From Octopus sinensis (taxonomy: Eukaryota), in contig NC_043012.1 in NCBI RefSeq assembly GCF_006345805.1, positions 23,994,001 through 24,058,000 on the forward strand: a DNA stretch of 64,000 nt, written 5' to 3'. The number at the start of each line of letters is the position of its first letter. Within the stretch, counting starts at the first letter, position 1. This document shows, piece by piece, positions 13,718 through 26,191 of the stretch. The notes below the pieces were generated by a model. The model made no database searches, had not been told where the DNA came from, and saw only the letters and a list, made by a program, of their open reading frames with translations. Made by a program: the position numbers and the translations under genes.

Positions 13718-14460
13718 CATATCTCTGCTTGTCATGAGAAGCTGCTAATGAAGTTGGCAGCAGGGAGGTATCAAACCATAATACCCTGCCTTAAAATATG
13801 TTGTCCAACTCATGACAGTATAGGAAAAACATTACAAATGACGATGATGATGATCTATGCCTCACATTCGCACTCCAATATATAAACACACAAACAAACA
13901 AATAGATAATAATAAAAAAACATAAAAGGACCATCATAAGGTAAAAAGACAAAAGTAAAAAAAATATATAAGACAAGAACAAAAGATGAAACAAATAAGA
14001 ATGAGAACAAAAGAAATATCAAAAGGAAAAAAATATTTGTTTTCTTTCGCAACAGGTCAAAGTTTTTGTGAAAACAAAATTGAAAACACAAAATGAATAA
14101 ATTAGTCTAACAGGTTAAACGAAATTAGCAAGAAGAGATTAAGGTGCTAAGGAATCTCCCATAATGATTTGCTCTCTGACAATAGTTATTCTATTGTTTT
14201 AGATAAACTGGGGAGAAGGGGGTTCAGAAATTGTTATAGATTGGTGAGGAGGACGACATCTTGCTCCTGTTTTGCCTTTAGCTGATTTTGTATGGTAGAA
14301 TGCCCTTCCAAATGCCTACCACTTTACAGAGTATACTGCATGCTCGTTTTCTGGCACCAGCACTAATATATATGTGCAGCATACATACATACACACACAC
14401 ACATATATATATATATACACACACACATATATATACACACAACACACACACACACACATT

Positions 14461-14674
14461 CTTTTATTACTTTCAGTCATTTGACTGCAGCCATGCTGGA
14501 GCACAACCTTTAGCCAAATAAACTAACCCTAGGACTTAATCTTTGTAAGCCTAGTACTTATTCTATCGGTCTCTTTTCCCGAACTGCTAAGTAAGGGGAA
14601 CATAAACACACTGACATTGGTTGTCAATTGATGGTGGGGTGGGGACAAACACAGACACACATATATATACAAGT

Positions 14675-14708
<34 letters not shown>

Positions 14709-14864
14709 TATATATACAACGGGCTTCTTTCAGTTTCCGTCTACCAAATCCATTCACAAAGCTTTGGTCAGCTCGAGGCTATTGTAGAAGACACTTGTCC
14801 AAGGTGTCACATAGTGGGACTGAACCTGGAACCATGTGCTTGGTAAGCAGCCACTCCTGCGCCT
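14461..14864 (-). mobile_element. Family-A tRNA-derived CORE-like SINE, full length
   Basis: Head aggcgcaggagtggct...ggttcagtcccact...ttggacaagtgtcttct, internal (CA/TA)n, and tail ...cagtcaaatgactgaaagtaa. Confidence 0.9.
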
Positions 14865-15115
14865 ATATACATACACTCCTGTCACAACCTGGGACCTTGA
14901 AGACTGCTTTAATGCAAGAAAGTATACTAGTCCTTTAATAGTTGATGTTCAATATTTCATCTATTCAATAAGACAATCAATACTTCATTTCATTTTACAC
15001 TATATATACTATTTATACTATATATTCTATATTCTACATTTATATTATAAAGAATATAAATAAAACATAAAAAACAGAGTTCAAATTCCTTTGAATAACA
15101 TATATATATATATAT

Positions 15116-15296
15116 CATCATCATCATCGTTTACGTACGTTTTCCATGCTAGCATGGGTTGGACGGTTCAACTGGGGTGTGGGAAGCCAGAAGGCTGTGC
15201 CAGGCCCAGTCTGATCTGGCAATGTTTCTACAGCTGGATGCCCTTCCTAACACCAACCACTCCGTGAGTGTAGTGGGTGCTTTTTACGTGCCACCT
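15116..15296 (-). mobile_element. Family-B SINE 3' part with (GAT)n tail
   Basis: catcatcatcgttt...tttccatgctagcatgggttggacggttcaactgggg...; same family as 16215-16602. Confidence 0.85.
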
Positions 15297-16214
15297 GAAT
15301 ATATATATATATATTTTTATATATATATTTATATTATATACAGACACACACCATGCACATATGTATAATGTGTGTATGTATTGACACACACACACATACA
15401 CGTATTTGTCCACCTCAGTATTCCAAATTCCAATTCCACCAAAGTCAACTTTGAATTTCAGCCTTTCAGGGTCCAATAAATAAAGTACCAGTAAAGTACT
15501 TGATTCAGTGTAACCTACACCCTGTCCCTCAAAACAGTTGGCCTAGGGCCTAACATTTCGAAACTGTTATTGTTGTTATCATCATCTCTGTACAAGTCGA
15601 TTAAGTAACAGACAAAAAAAAAACAAAAAAAAAAAACCAATTAAACAAGATAAGTACTTGAAAGACTGATAATTACTTTAGCTGAGTTCATTATAAATCA
15701 GTCAAATTCATTGACAGAAGTCTAAAAATAAAACTACAAAACATTAAAAAAAAAAAACAAGAAAAAGAAAAATCAAGCAAAATAATTTTTTTGGTTTTCT
15801 GGAAAGTTGGTAGAATTGTTGAAGTATCAAGTAAAATACCTTGTGGTATTAGTTCTGACATCCTTGAGTTCAAACCACAACAACATAGCTTGATTTTTTC
15901 ATCTTTTCAGAGATCAATAAAAGAAAACAAACTACTAGGTGCAGTCATGGTTGTGAGGTTAAGAAGCACATATTGCAACCACAAGGTTTTCGTTTCAGTC
16001 CCACTGTTTGGCACCTTGAGTAAGTGTCTTCTACTATTAATTTGGATCAACAAGTGTCTTATGAGTAAGTTTGGTGGACTGAAACTGAAGAGGTCACAGG
16101 TGTGTGACGCAAGAATTCCAAACAATGAACATAAAATAAGAACAGTAATGAAGAAATGCATGTGTTTATTTGACAATGAAAAAATTACGTTTCCGAAATA
16201 TAACAACACGTATA

Positions 16215-16602
16215 TATCAAAATCAAAATCAAGATTAAAATCGATCAACATCAATGGAAATTGCAGCTGTGATACCAGGGCTGGTGGCACGTAAGAGAAC
16301 CATCCGAACGTGGTTGTTGCCAGCGCCGCCACGACTGGCCTCCGTGCCGGTGGCACGTAAAAAGCACCATCCGATCGTGGCTGTTGCCAGCCTCGCCTGG
16401 CACCTGTGCCGGTAGCACGTAAAAAGCACCCACTACACTCACGGAGTGGTTGGCGTTAGGAAGGGCATCCAGCCGTAGAAACATTGCCAGATCAGACTGG
16501 GCCTGGTACAGCCTCCTGGCTTCCCAGACCCCAGTTGAACCGTCCAACCCATGCTAGCATGGAAAGCGGATGCTAAACGATGATGATGATGATGATGATG
16601 AT
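16215..16602 (+). mobile_element. Family-B SINE (long copy with internal tandem sub-repeats, (GAT)n tail)
   Basis: atcgatcaacatcaatggaaattgcagctgtgatacc, repeated ggtggcacgtaaaaagcacc units, and end ccaacccatgctagcatggaaagcggatgctaaacgatgatgat. Other copies or fragments lie at ~6105, 16979, 21818, 26960, 31511, 34605, 35380, 43742/44060 and 58110. Confidence 0.9.
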
Positions 16603-16853
16603 ATATATATATAGCAAATAAAAAAATGGAGAGGATACAAAACGACATACATCAGTTGGTAGACATTCTAGTATGGCTATTTATTCCACAGTATTAGAGA
16701 GTATTAGAAGAATATATACACATGAAATAACTAGGTGTTACACACACATGTACTAATATTACAGAAAAGAGTAAAAGATAAGATTGTCAGAAGGTTCTAA
16801 GTTCCTTATGGCCATTTCCCAACCTATGACTCAGACAGAAATATATATATATA

Positions 16854-17299
16854 TATTGTTATATTTCGGAATGGTCATATTGCCAGTTTAGCCAATAAAA
16901 ACACACGCACTATATATTTGGTGTTATTTTGCTTCAGTGATATTTATTTTTTACTTATTTGTGTCTCTCCTTACATTAATCAAGATTGAAATCGATCAAC
17001 ATCAATGGAAATTGCAGCTGTGATACCAGCGCCGGTGGCATGTAAGAGAACCATCCGAACGTGGCCGTTGCCAGCACCGCTCCAACTGGCCTCCGTGCAG
17101 GTGGCACGTAAAAATAAGTGAGAAGAAAACAAAGGACCACTGATGCGGTCACAGGAGTGTGACGAAAGAACTTTGGCCGAAATAAGATTAAGATTAATGT
17201 AAAAAATAAATATCACTGAAGCAAAATAACACCAAATATATAGTGCGTGTGTTTTTATTGGCTAAACTGGCAATATGACCATTCCGAAATACAACAATA
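16854..17299. mobile_element. Penelope-like terminal repeat in inverted (tail-to-tail) arrangement
   Basis: ~101 bp arms (16854-16954 and 17199-17299) differing at one position, enclosing a family-B SINE fragment and a hammerhead-like motif. Confidence 0.7.
17134..17178 (+). ncRNA. Minimal hammerhead-like motif (variant core)
   Basis: ggacca-CTGATG(cg)-GTCAC-aggagt-GTGAC-GAAAG-aa-CTT-tggcc. It has a 5 bp stem II, GAAA, a short stem III and a partial stem I; the A9 position is altered. Confidence 0.5.
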
Positions 17300-17353
17300 T
17301 CTGTTTCAACACACGACTTCACATAAAAAATCTTGCACAACAAATATTTAAAC

Positions 17354-17395
<42 letters not shown>

Positions 17396-18824
17396 CACAG
17401 ATTACAAGCTTGTTTTTGTTGCCATGCACCAAATCCTCTCATAAGGCTTTGGTCAGCCCAAGGTTATAGAAGACACCTGCCCAAGGTGCCATGCAGTGTG
17501 ACTGAACCCAGGACCATGTGAACGAGATATAAATTTCTAAACCAAACTGCTACACTCGAACCTACAAATATTAAATCTTAATGAATGTCTTTAGAAATAG
17601 TCTTTGAGTAGTTCCATTTCCAGATGACTTATTTCACACAAACTTACAACAAGTTTCCATACACTTCACATTCTCTACCAGCGCCAACAAGAATGTCAAA
17701 TGTCATTCTCTGCAAATGTATGTCTGATGCTATTATGATACATTTGTGCTTATAACACACATCTAACTGATCAGATGGAATTTTGCATATATGAGACCAA
17801 GCAGATTATTGTGTACATATACATACTACATGTGTATGAATTAAATGTATAAAGTATATGTGTGTTTAAATGTGTGTGTATAAAATGTGTGTGTGTGTTC
17901 ATATTGTATGAGGGTATTATATACATACAGTTCTCAAAGCATGTACAGGTGTTTTTTTAATTAACTGCATTTCATCTTCAAACACCTCACTGAGTATCAT
18001 ATAGGCATGTATGTGTGTGTGTATATATGTGTGGATAATTATATGTATGAGTGTGTGACTGTATACACACACACATATATACACACACACACACACACAT
18101 ACATACATACACATATTCACAGAATGTCCTCTAAATAAGGCAGCACTTGATATTTTGAATGCATATTTCATTCACTGTGTTTTATTTTCCAAAATCTAAA
18201 AGACTTTATGAGGGTGTGCATACATACATACACACACACATATATATATGTATATATATGTATGTGTCTGTGTGTGTATGCAGAGACATTCATAGCCACG
18301 TTATATGCACGATGCAGTTCACACGAAAACATTAAAGTGCTCAATTAATGCTTATGCAAAACTGGGTAAAAACATGTATGCACATGCACACACACACACA
18401 CACAAAAATACACGCATACACTCAAATGCTATTTCGGTGGTATCTTTAAATGAGGACACACCAAATAGTACATTCCCAGTTCAAGATGCAGGGGTTATTT
18501 TCACCGAAAGTCCTCATATTTTTAGCTTTCAAGATACGTTTTTTTTCTTTTTCTTTTAATGTTCTTGTCTCGTCTTTTACTTTCATTTTTATTTATTCCA
18601 CCCACCTCAACCACCACCACCACCACCACCACCTCACTCTTTGCTATTTGTACTATTTTTATCATCATCATCATCATCATCACTATGATTTCATTATTAT
18701 TATTATTATTTTTATCTATTTTATTATTATTTTTTTTTATATTATGAAACTTCTATTGAAGCTTATTTGCTTATTTTCTTCAATTTTATTATTTTTTGCC
18801 TTTTTTTGCTTTTATGTCTTGTTT

Positions 18825-19050
18825 CCCCCTCCCCGCCCGCGCACCCGCCCCGCCCCGCACCAGCCAGCAGCTTAGTGTCGTCTTTCTAAGGAGAGCCGTA
18901 GTAACAGCTGCAGTTCTCAGATTAGTCGCTAATATGATCCAGCAACACTGGTTCCTCGCTTGTAACCCAAGCACTCCAACATTTCCACTCAGTCTCACAT
19001 TATTTGTAAATGAACAGAGCCGTGACACACTGCTTGCTTATCACCTTCAC
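18825..19050. promoter_or_regulatory. Possible cis-regulatory island with clustered GC boxes
   Basis: ccccctccccgcccgcgcacccgccccgccccgcacc (three CCGCCC hexamers, CpG retained) followed by ~200 bp of repeat-free sequence in a very AT-rich window. Confidence 0.3.
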
Positions 19051-19304
19051 TGCTCTGTCTCTCTCTCTCTCTCTCTCTGTCTTTCTATCTTTCCATGTGT
19101 GTGTGTGTGTGTCTTTGTGTGTAGTAAGAGGTGCATGTTGATGTGTATTGCTTACTGAAAGTGTATACGTATGAAGTGTGCGTGTGTGTGTGCATGTGTG
19201 TGGTAAGTGCTGTTCATGTGTAGTGTTTATTCAGAGTATATATATGTATCAAGTGTGTGTCTGTGTATACACATGCATACAAAAGTACAATATATGTTTC
19301 TTTT

Positions 19305-19499
19305 CTACCCACAAGGGGCTAAACATAGAGGGGACAAATAAGGACAGACAAATGAATTAAGTCGATTACATCGACCCCAGTGCGTAACTGGTACTTAATT
19401 TATCGACCCCGAATGGATGAAAGGCAAAGTCAAGGTCAACTTTGCCTTTCGTCCATTCAGGGTCGATAAATTAAGTACCAGTTACGCACTGGGGTCGAT
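19305..19499. mobile_element. Family-C SINE body folded back on itself
   Basis: Arms of ~60 bp (19370-19430 and 19439-19499) with 2 mismatches. Confidence 0.85.
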
Positions 19500-19513
19500 C
19501 TGTGTGTAAGTGT

Positions 19514-19880
19514 GGAGGCACAATGGCCCAGTGGTTAGGGCAGAGGACTCGCAGTCGTAGGATCGTGGTTTCGATTCCCAGACCAGGCATTGTGAGTGTT
19601 TATTGAGTGAAAACACCTAAAGCTCCATGAGGCTGCGGCAAGGGTTGGTGGCAAACCCTGCTGTACTTTTTCTCACTCTTTCTTCCTGTTTCTGTTGTAC
19701 CTGTATTTCAAAAGGCCAGCCTTGTCACACACTCTGTGTCACACTGAATCTCCCCGAGAACTACGGTAAGGGTACACATGTCTGTAGGGTGGTCAGCCAC
19801 TTGCACGTTAATTTCACAAGCAGGCTGTTCCATTGATCGGATCAGCTGGGACCTCATCATTGTAACTGACAGTGCCACGA
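19514..19880 (+). mobile_element. Family-D tRNA-derived SINE
   Basis: A-box-like tggcccagtggttagg and B-box-like gtttcgattccc. Related copies lie at ~1790-2090 and 20298-20525. Confidence 0.75.
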
Positions 19881-20162
19881 TATGTGTGTGTGTGTGTGTG
19901 TGTGTGCATGTTTTCCATTATCACTTTCAGCCAGAGACTGAAGCTATGCTGGGGTACTCTGCCTTTTATGTGGTTTTGTATATGTACCCTGTCACTACAT
20001 GACAACCAGCCTTGGTTTGTTTACATCCCCCTAACTTCACACTGCAGCAAAAGAAACTGACAGCTTAAGTACCAAACTTGAAGTATGCCCTGGGATCAAT
20101 TTGTCCAAATGAACCCTTCAAGACAGTACCCCAGCATCACTGAAGTCTAATGACTGGCACAA

Positions 20163-20195
<33 letters not shown>

Positions 20196-20297
20196 ATGTT
20201 TACAAGCAATATAGGTCCCTATCCCAGGGGCAGCCTTTGTCTACTATCCAAAATGGCTTTTTAACCCAATACTCTACATACTATTAATAATCTTTGT

Positions 20298-20525
20298 GGA
20301 GGCACATGGTCTAGTGTTTACAGCAGCAGACTCACAGTCGAGGGATCACGAGTTCGAATTTCAGACTGAATGATGTGTGTTTTTATGAGCAAAACACCTA
20401 AGCTCCATGCGGCTCTGGCAGAAAGTAATGGCGAACTTCTGCTGACACTTTCGCCACAACTTTCTCTCACTCTTTCCTCCTGCATCTTGCAGCTCACCTG
20501 CAATGGACCGGCGTCCCATCCAGGG
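20298..20525 (+). mobile_element. Family-D-related tRNA-derived SINE
   Basis: ggaggcacatggtctagtg...gagttcgaatttc...gagcaaaacacctaagctcc. Confidence 0.75.
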
Positions 20526-20632
20526 ATACAGGCATCCAGCAACAGGACCTCCGTAATGCTATGATGGACTGTGAAGTCTGGAGTAGCATAGTAAATTCCA
20601 TTGTCTCGACCACGGTCGAACAATGATGATGA
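20523..20632 (+). mobile_element. RTE-clade LINE 3' end fragment
   Basis: Translates as RDTGIQQQDLRNAMMDCEVWSSIVNSIVSTTVEQ followed by tgatgatga, matching the RTE C-terminal AM-DR--WR motif and the (GAT)n tail. Confidence 0.7.
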
Positions 20633-21334
20633 CGAGAGCTGTGATCTCTCAATTTGTAGAAGGATCAGCTTGACCTGGTGAGACTTTCCGATCTCCAAAT
20701 TAGGCACCCTATCAAGTAACATTAACCCAGTGATCTTTGAGAAGAGCCCCACTTCTCCTACTTCTATTTAAAACCGTATTTCAAATAAATTGCCTGCCGA
20801 CACACAGTTCAATTAATTTGAAGAATATTCACCAATTTAGTAGGATTAAGTAAAAATAACTCACTTTGCCATTATTGACCAGGTGTTTGGAACATAACAG
20901 AATGAAAGGTTCCCGTTTAAAATAACGATGGACAGTTTCAATTTTTTAATTAAAATAAGAGTCCTTTTAAACGAGAGGAATTGTTTTATAGGACCAGCAG
21001 TTGTCTTGCATGAATTTGTATGGAAAGGGGTTAGGTTAATCGTGACCTAAGCAGTACATCAAGCAACAGCTGAGTTCTGTGTGCCTTGTTATTATGTGAT
21101 GTATTGCAGAGCAGAATTCACATTTATGATCATCATTATCATCATAAGCAGCATCAAATAACTTTGTCCAATAAAGAAAGTATTAAACCAGAAGTTGGTA
21201 ATGAATGGAAGGGACTCTGCAATCTTTCAAGAAATGCCAGAGTTTTTAAATGAAAGCTTAGAAAAAAGAACAAACGAAAATTTCAACAATGCCCACATAT
21301 ATAAACACACCGGCGCAAGTGTAAGTGTGTATAT

Positions 21335-21740
21335 TACTCTTTACTCTCTTTACTCTTTTACTTGTTTCAGTCATTTGACTGCGGCCATGCTGGAGCACCG
21401 CCTTTAGTCGAGCAAATCGACCCCGGGAATTATTCTTTGTAAGCCCAGTACTTATTCTATCGGTCTCTTTTTGCCGAACCGCTAAGTGACGGGGACGTAA
21501 ACACACCAGCATCGGTTGTCAAGCAATGCTAGGGGGACAAATACAGACACACAAACACACACATACATATATATATATACATATATACGACAGGCTTCTT
21601 TCAGTTTCCGTCTACCAAATCCACGCACAAGGCATTGGTCGGCCCGGAGCTATAGCAGAAGACACTTGCCCAAGATGTCACGCAGTGGGACTGAACCCGG
21701 AACCATGTGGTTGGTTAGCAAGCTACTTACCACACAGCCA
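21335..21740 (-). mobile_element. Family-A SINE, full length
   Basis: Near-consensus match, with subfamily markers aaggcattggt / aagatgtcac / ggttagcaagc. Confidence 0.92.
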
Positions 21741-21817
21741 CGTATATGTATATACCATTGTTCTAAATTGAATTAGTTTTCGAAACATCAAATATATGTA
21801 TGTATATACATTATATA

Positions 21818-22125
21818 TCATCATCATCATTTAACGTCCTTTTTCCATGTTAGCATGGGTTGGACGGTTCAACCGGGGTCTGGTAAGCCATGGAGGCTGC
21901 ACCAGGCTCTAGTCTGATTTGGCAGTGTTTCTACAGCTGGATCCCTTTCCTAACGCCAACCACTCCGTCAGTGTAGTGGGTGTTTTTTACGTGCCACCAG
22001 CACAGGGGCCAGAGCGGGCTGGCAAATGGCCACGATCGGTTAGTGCTTTTACGTGTCACCGACACGGATGCCAGTCAGGCGGCGCTGGCATCTGCCATGT
22101 TTGGACGGTGCTTTTTACGTGTCAC
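21818..22125 (-). mobile_element. Family-B SINE
   Basis: catcatcatcatttaacgtcc...ccatgttagcatgggttggacgg...gtgctttttacgtg units. Confidence 0.85.
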
Positions 22126-22237
22126 CATATATATATATTTCATTTTTGGATCTGGCTTGCAAGATTCTTTATGTGAGTTGGTGTGTTCAAGCATATTCTG
22201 GTGTCTGGGGAGAGTCATTCTCTTTTCGTGCCTTATT

Positions 22238-22331
22238 ATTTAACACACTCACCAGTAAAATTTCCACTCATTTACATATTTTAAAATAAATAAGTAAATT
22301 AGTGGAAACTTTACTGGTGAGTGTGTTAAAT
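22238..22331. repeat. Short hairpin element (38 bp arms, 2 mismatches)
   Basis: atttaacacactcaccagtaaaatttccactcatttac / gtaaattagtggaaactttactggtgagtgtgttaaat. Confidence 0.85.
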
Positions 22332-22336
22332 GATAA

Positions 22337-22714
22337 TCTTTACTCTTTTACTTGTTTCATTCATCTGACTGCGGCCATGCTGGAGCACCGTCTTTAGTCG
22401 AGCAAATCGACCCCAGGACTTATTCTTTGTAAGCCTAGTATTTATTCTATCGGTCTTGAACCACTAAGTTACGGGGACGTAAACACAGCAACACAGGTTG
22501 TCAAGCAATGTTGGGGGACAAACACACACATATATACATACACATATATACAATGGGCTTCTTTCAGTTTCCATCTACCAAATCCACTCACAAAGCTTTG
22601 GTCAACCTGAGGCTATAGTAGAAGACACTTACCCAAGGTGCCATGCAGTGGGACTGAACCCGGAACCATGAGGTTGGTAAGTAAGATACTTACCACACAG
22701 CCACTCCTGCACCT
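22337..22714 (-). mobile_element. Family-A SINE, full length
   Basis: Same head, body and tail as the other family-A copies. Confidence 0.9.
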
Positions 22715-23544
22715 ATAAGGCACTAAAAGAGAATGACTCTCCACAGACACAACAATATATATGTATACATATATATATATATATATATATATATGATGAT
22801 GATATACATGATACACACACACACAGAGGCAAGAGGGAAGGAAGGAATTTATAAATTTGATGCTTTTACACCTTAGAAATAATAATAATAATAATAATAT
22901 ACATCTTTGTATGTATGCAAGGATATCTGTCTATATATGTATGTGTGTATATATATATATATATATATGTGCATGTAGGTATTCTTTTTTAATTGGGTTT
23001 CTTACAACTTTATATATATATATATATACATATATATACGCACACAAACACACACACAAATATATATATATATTTTAAGTTATACTTTAGGGTTAAAATA
23101 AAAAAAGGAAACTAATCACAAGAAAAGAAATGCTAATTAAATTATGGCAAAAGCAAAGAATGGTTCTTTTCTGTGAAGGAAACCCTCAGGAAATCAATGT
23201 GTTGAGCATATTCCAAGATGGCATTGAAAGGACAGAATGGCATTAGGGCAACAGCAGATTTTGAATTGCAACTTAATATTGTTTCCTCTTTTTTTATTAA
23301 TAAAATAATAAAAAAAGTAATGGCAATAACAAAAACAATGGTGGCGCTAATGAAAATTTGTTACAGCAACAGCATAATGGTAAAGAATAATAATCAAAGT
23401 ACTACTGGTGACGATGATGATGATGACAATGATGGTGATGATCTTGATGACGATGATGATGCTGATAAGTATTTTAAGCTATTTAAGCAAATTAATACCC
23501 TATGCTCATTAACATTTACTAAGTCCAAAATCATTCCAAATTTC

Positions 23545-23957
23545 GGATCTTTTCGGTTTGAACGGCAGTTTTTAACATAATTTCTAGGTAACTAAAAAAA
23601 TTTCAAACTTCGTATACTGGTAGAATGTGTTTATAAAACATCTTTTTCTCTTGGCTTTATTGAGAAAATTCTATAGTTTGTAAGATATTTGTTGTTTTTT
23701 TTTCTTCAATTTCTGCAATTTCAACCAATCAATTACGTCCATTGAGGTAAAAAACATTCTGTGCCGTATGAATATGTCCCTCGTTTAAGAAACAGATTGG
23801 ATTTATTTACATTTCTGAAGAAAAAAAGATACCCTTCCCCCAACCCCTAACCCTAAAATAGATTGAAATGCTATAGATCGATACTAGGGTCATAATTATG
23901 GGTGACAATTTCATATGACACCGCTAGAAAAAACTGCCGTTCAAACCAAAAAGATCC
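23545..23957 (-). mobile_element. MITE with ~30 bp TIRs and internal TTAGGG-like dimer, copy 2
   Basis: Reverse complement of 13313-13717 over its full length. Confidence 0.85.
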
Positions 23958-25239
23958 CAGATTTCTTGCAAACTGAAACTGGTAACCAAATCATTGAATA
24001 CATTCCACCAGTTCATTTCTTCCAAATGAATACAAACGTCCAGCTTGTATTCTCTTTAGCAGCGCTGATTGTAATACAAGCAATCAGACGCAAACCCTTC
24101 AACAAGTCCCAGTTCTTTTCATGTCCATGTATTTGTCTACAAACATTCACCAGTAGGTATCCAGGTAGTTGTAGCCTTCGTGACAATGATGTAGGACAGA
24201 GAAATATAAGTGTTGAGCAAGAGCGAATAGAAGCATTCTGGGACGATGAGAATAAATGCCGAGTGTCAGACATCCAGTGTTGTAGTTTAGTTGGTGAATG
24301 TATGTTTAATTGTCAGTCAATATGCACCCCTGTTCAAGCATAAAGGGTAAGTAGCCCCACAAGAAAGAGAATAACTAATAAAAGAACACCCAAACAAGGG
24401 GACAGGATTAGAAAATTTACGCCTGGAAACTTGATACAAGTTAAAAATTGGTTCAAAATCCCAAGAACGTTAATGAATGTATGAGGTCTTCTGAAGAAAC
24501 CGAAAAAGATTGGGTAGAATGACCGAAATGTAATTTTAACCGTTAAGAGGAAGAAACAAGCCCAATAATGTAGCAGGAATTAATAAGTATTTCTTACTCT
24601 GGTACAATGTCGCGAATCTAGCATCAACTGAGTCGATTGCAGGATGTGTTGGATATTTAGTTTATTGACCCTGGAGGGGATGAAAAGCAAAGCTGACCCC
24701 AGTGGGTTGTGAACTGAGAACACACAGTTACAAAACATAAATAAATACTCTTTGGCATTTGGTCTGCTACACAACAATTCTTGCTAGTGCCAATGCCCTA
24801 AAGCAATTTTAACCACATTAAACAACCAGCCTGCAGCAGCAGTAGTAGTAGTAGTAGTGTGTGTGTGTGTGTGTGTATGAATGTGTGTGTTTGTATGTAT
24901 ATCTATGTTTCAGGGTATGTGTGTGCCATAAGCAAACAGAGTTAGAATAAGACAAAAATTCTAGTGTTTGTTGTGTATTTCTACAATTTGAGAATCTGTC
25001 TATATATGCATGCAAGTGTGTGTATAGTGTGTTTGTTTTGGCGTGTGAATGTGTGTATATACATGTAAGCTTGTCTATATGTGCACATGTAGCATGTATG
25101 GTGTGTGTTTTTGTGAGTGCATGTACACACGTATGTCTATGTGAGTGTATATGTATGCATAGTGTATTTGTTTTCGCGTCTGTATGCATGTATACATGTA
25201 ACTAAGTGTTGATCTTAGACCTACCAGTACATAAACCAG

Positions 25240-26060
25240 TCACAGCTACCACCACCACCACCACTATACCACCACTACCACCACCACCACCACCATACCA
25301 CCATCACCACCTCTGGTACGACCAGCAGCAGCAGCAACCGAAAGTACAGATATCAACAGCAACCAATGCATCAGAACATAGCGTTACTGCTGCTGATGTT
25401 GTTGCTGCTGCTGCTGCCGCTGCAACATCAGTGTTGGAGGCTGTGGGATGATGGTAGAAATGGTAGTGGTGATGGTGGTGGTGGTGGTAGGGCTTGGTGC
25501 TTTTGGCTGGAGCAAGCCTGTGTATATAACACTTTTTCTTCTGTTTGGAAATTAGGAAGCATCAAGCAGTATTCTATATTTACTACCAACATCATGACTG
25601 CTGCCATCATCATCATCATCACCACTACCACTAACATGGCCTATACTCCCACCACCACCACCACCACAGTCATCACTTTCAGATAATCACTACCATTATC
25701 ATCATCATGATGATTATTATTATGACCATCATCACTTCCATCATTTTACACCACTACCGTTCTGGCCACTACAGGCAGCATAAATACCACCACTACCACC
25801 ACCACCAGCATTAATATACCCTAAACACAAACCCCACCACCATCAACACCAACATTAACTTAACACTGGTAGTACCACCAACACCACTGTCAGACCACCG
25901 CCACCACCATGAACCCAAGTCACCATCAACACCATCATCTACACCACCAATAATTAATATCCGCCACCACTGCCAACACCACTAACATTATAAGCATGAC
26001 TACTACTGCCATCACCACTGATGTTAAAACCACCACCATCATAAAAACCATCACCATTAC
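25240..26060. repeat. Degenerate (ACC)n/(CAT)n/(CAG)n trinucleotide low-complexity tract
   Basis: Direct reading of the sequence. Confidence 0.8.
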
Positions 26061-26134
26061 CCATCTACCATTGTACCATTGCTTGTCTATCTGGACAACT
26101 GCCCAGCTCTGCTGGGAAACTTTATGCTTGTTAG

Positions 26135-26191
<57 letters not shown>

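Noticed and set aside
15791-16356. Overlapping 167 aa and 149 aa ORFs
   Set aside because: They are composed of SINE head and family-B SINE sequence.
19514-19585. tRNA genes suggested by A/B-box motifs (also at 20298, 49245 and 55211)
   Set aside because: I could not fold full cloverleaves, and each head continues into a multi-copy SINE body and tail.
20318-20752. 144 aa minus-strand ORF
   Set aside because: It is antisense to a SINE and an RTE fragment.
23915-24343. 142 aa ORF as a gene
   Set aside because: It starts inside the MITE TIR and has no recognisable domain or splice context. The remainder is an unassigned, probably transposon-derived segment.
24485-24545. ctgaaga...gaccgaaatgta as a hammerhead
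   Set aside because: No convincing stem I or stem II; at most a remote remnant.
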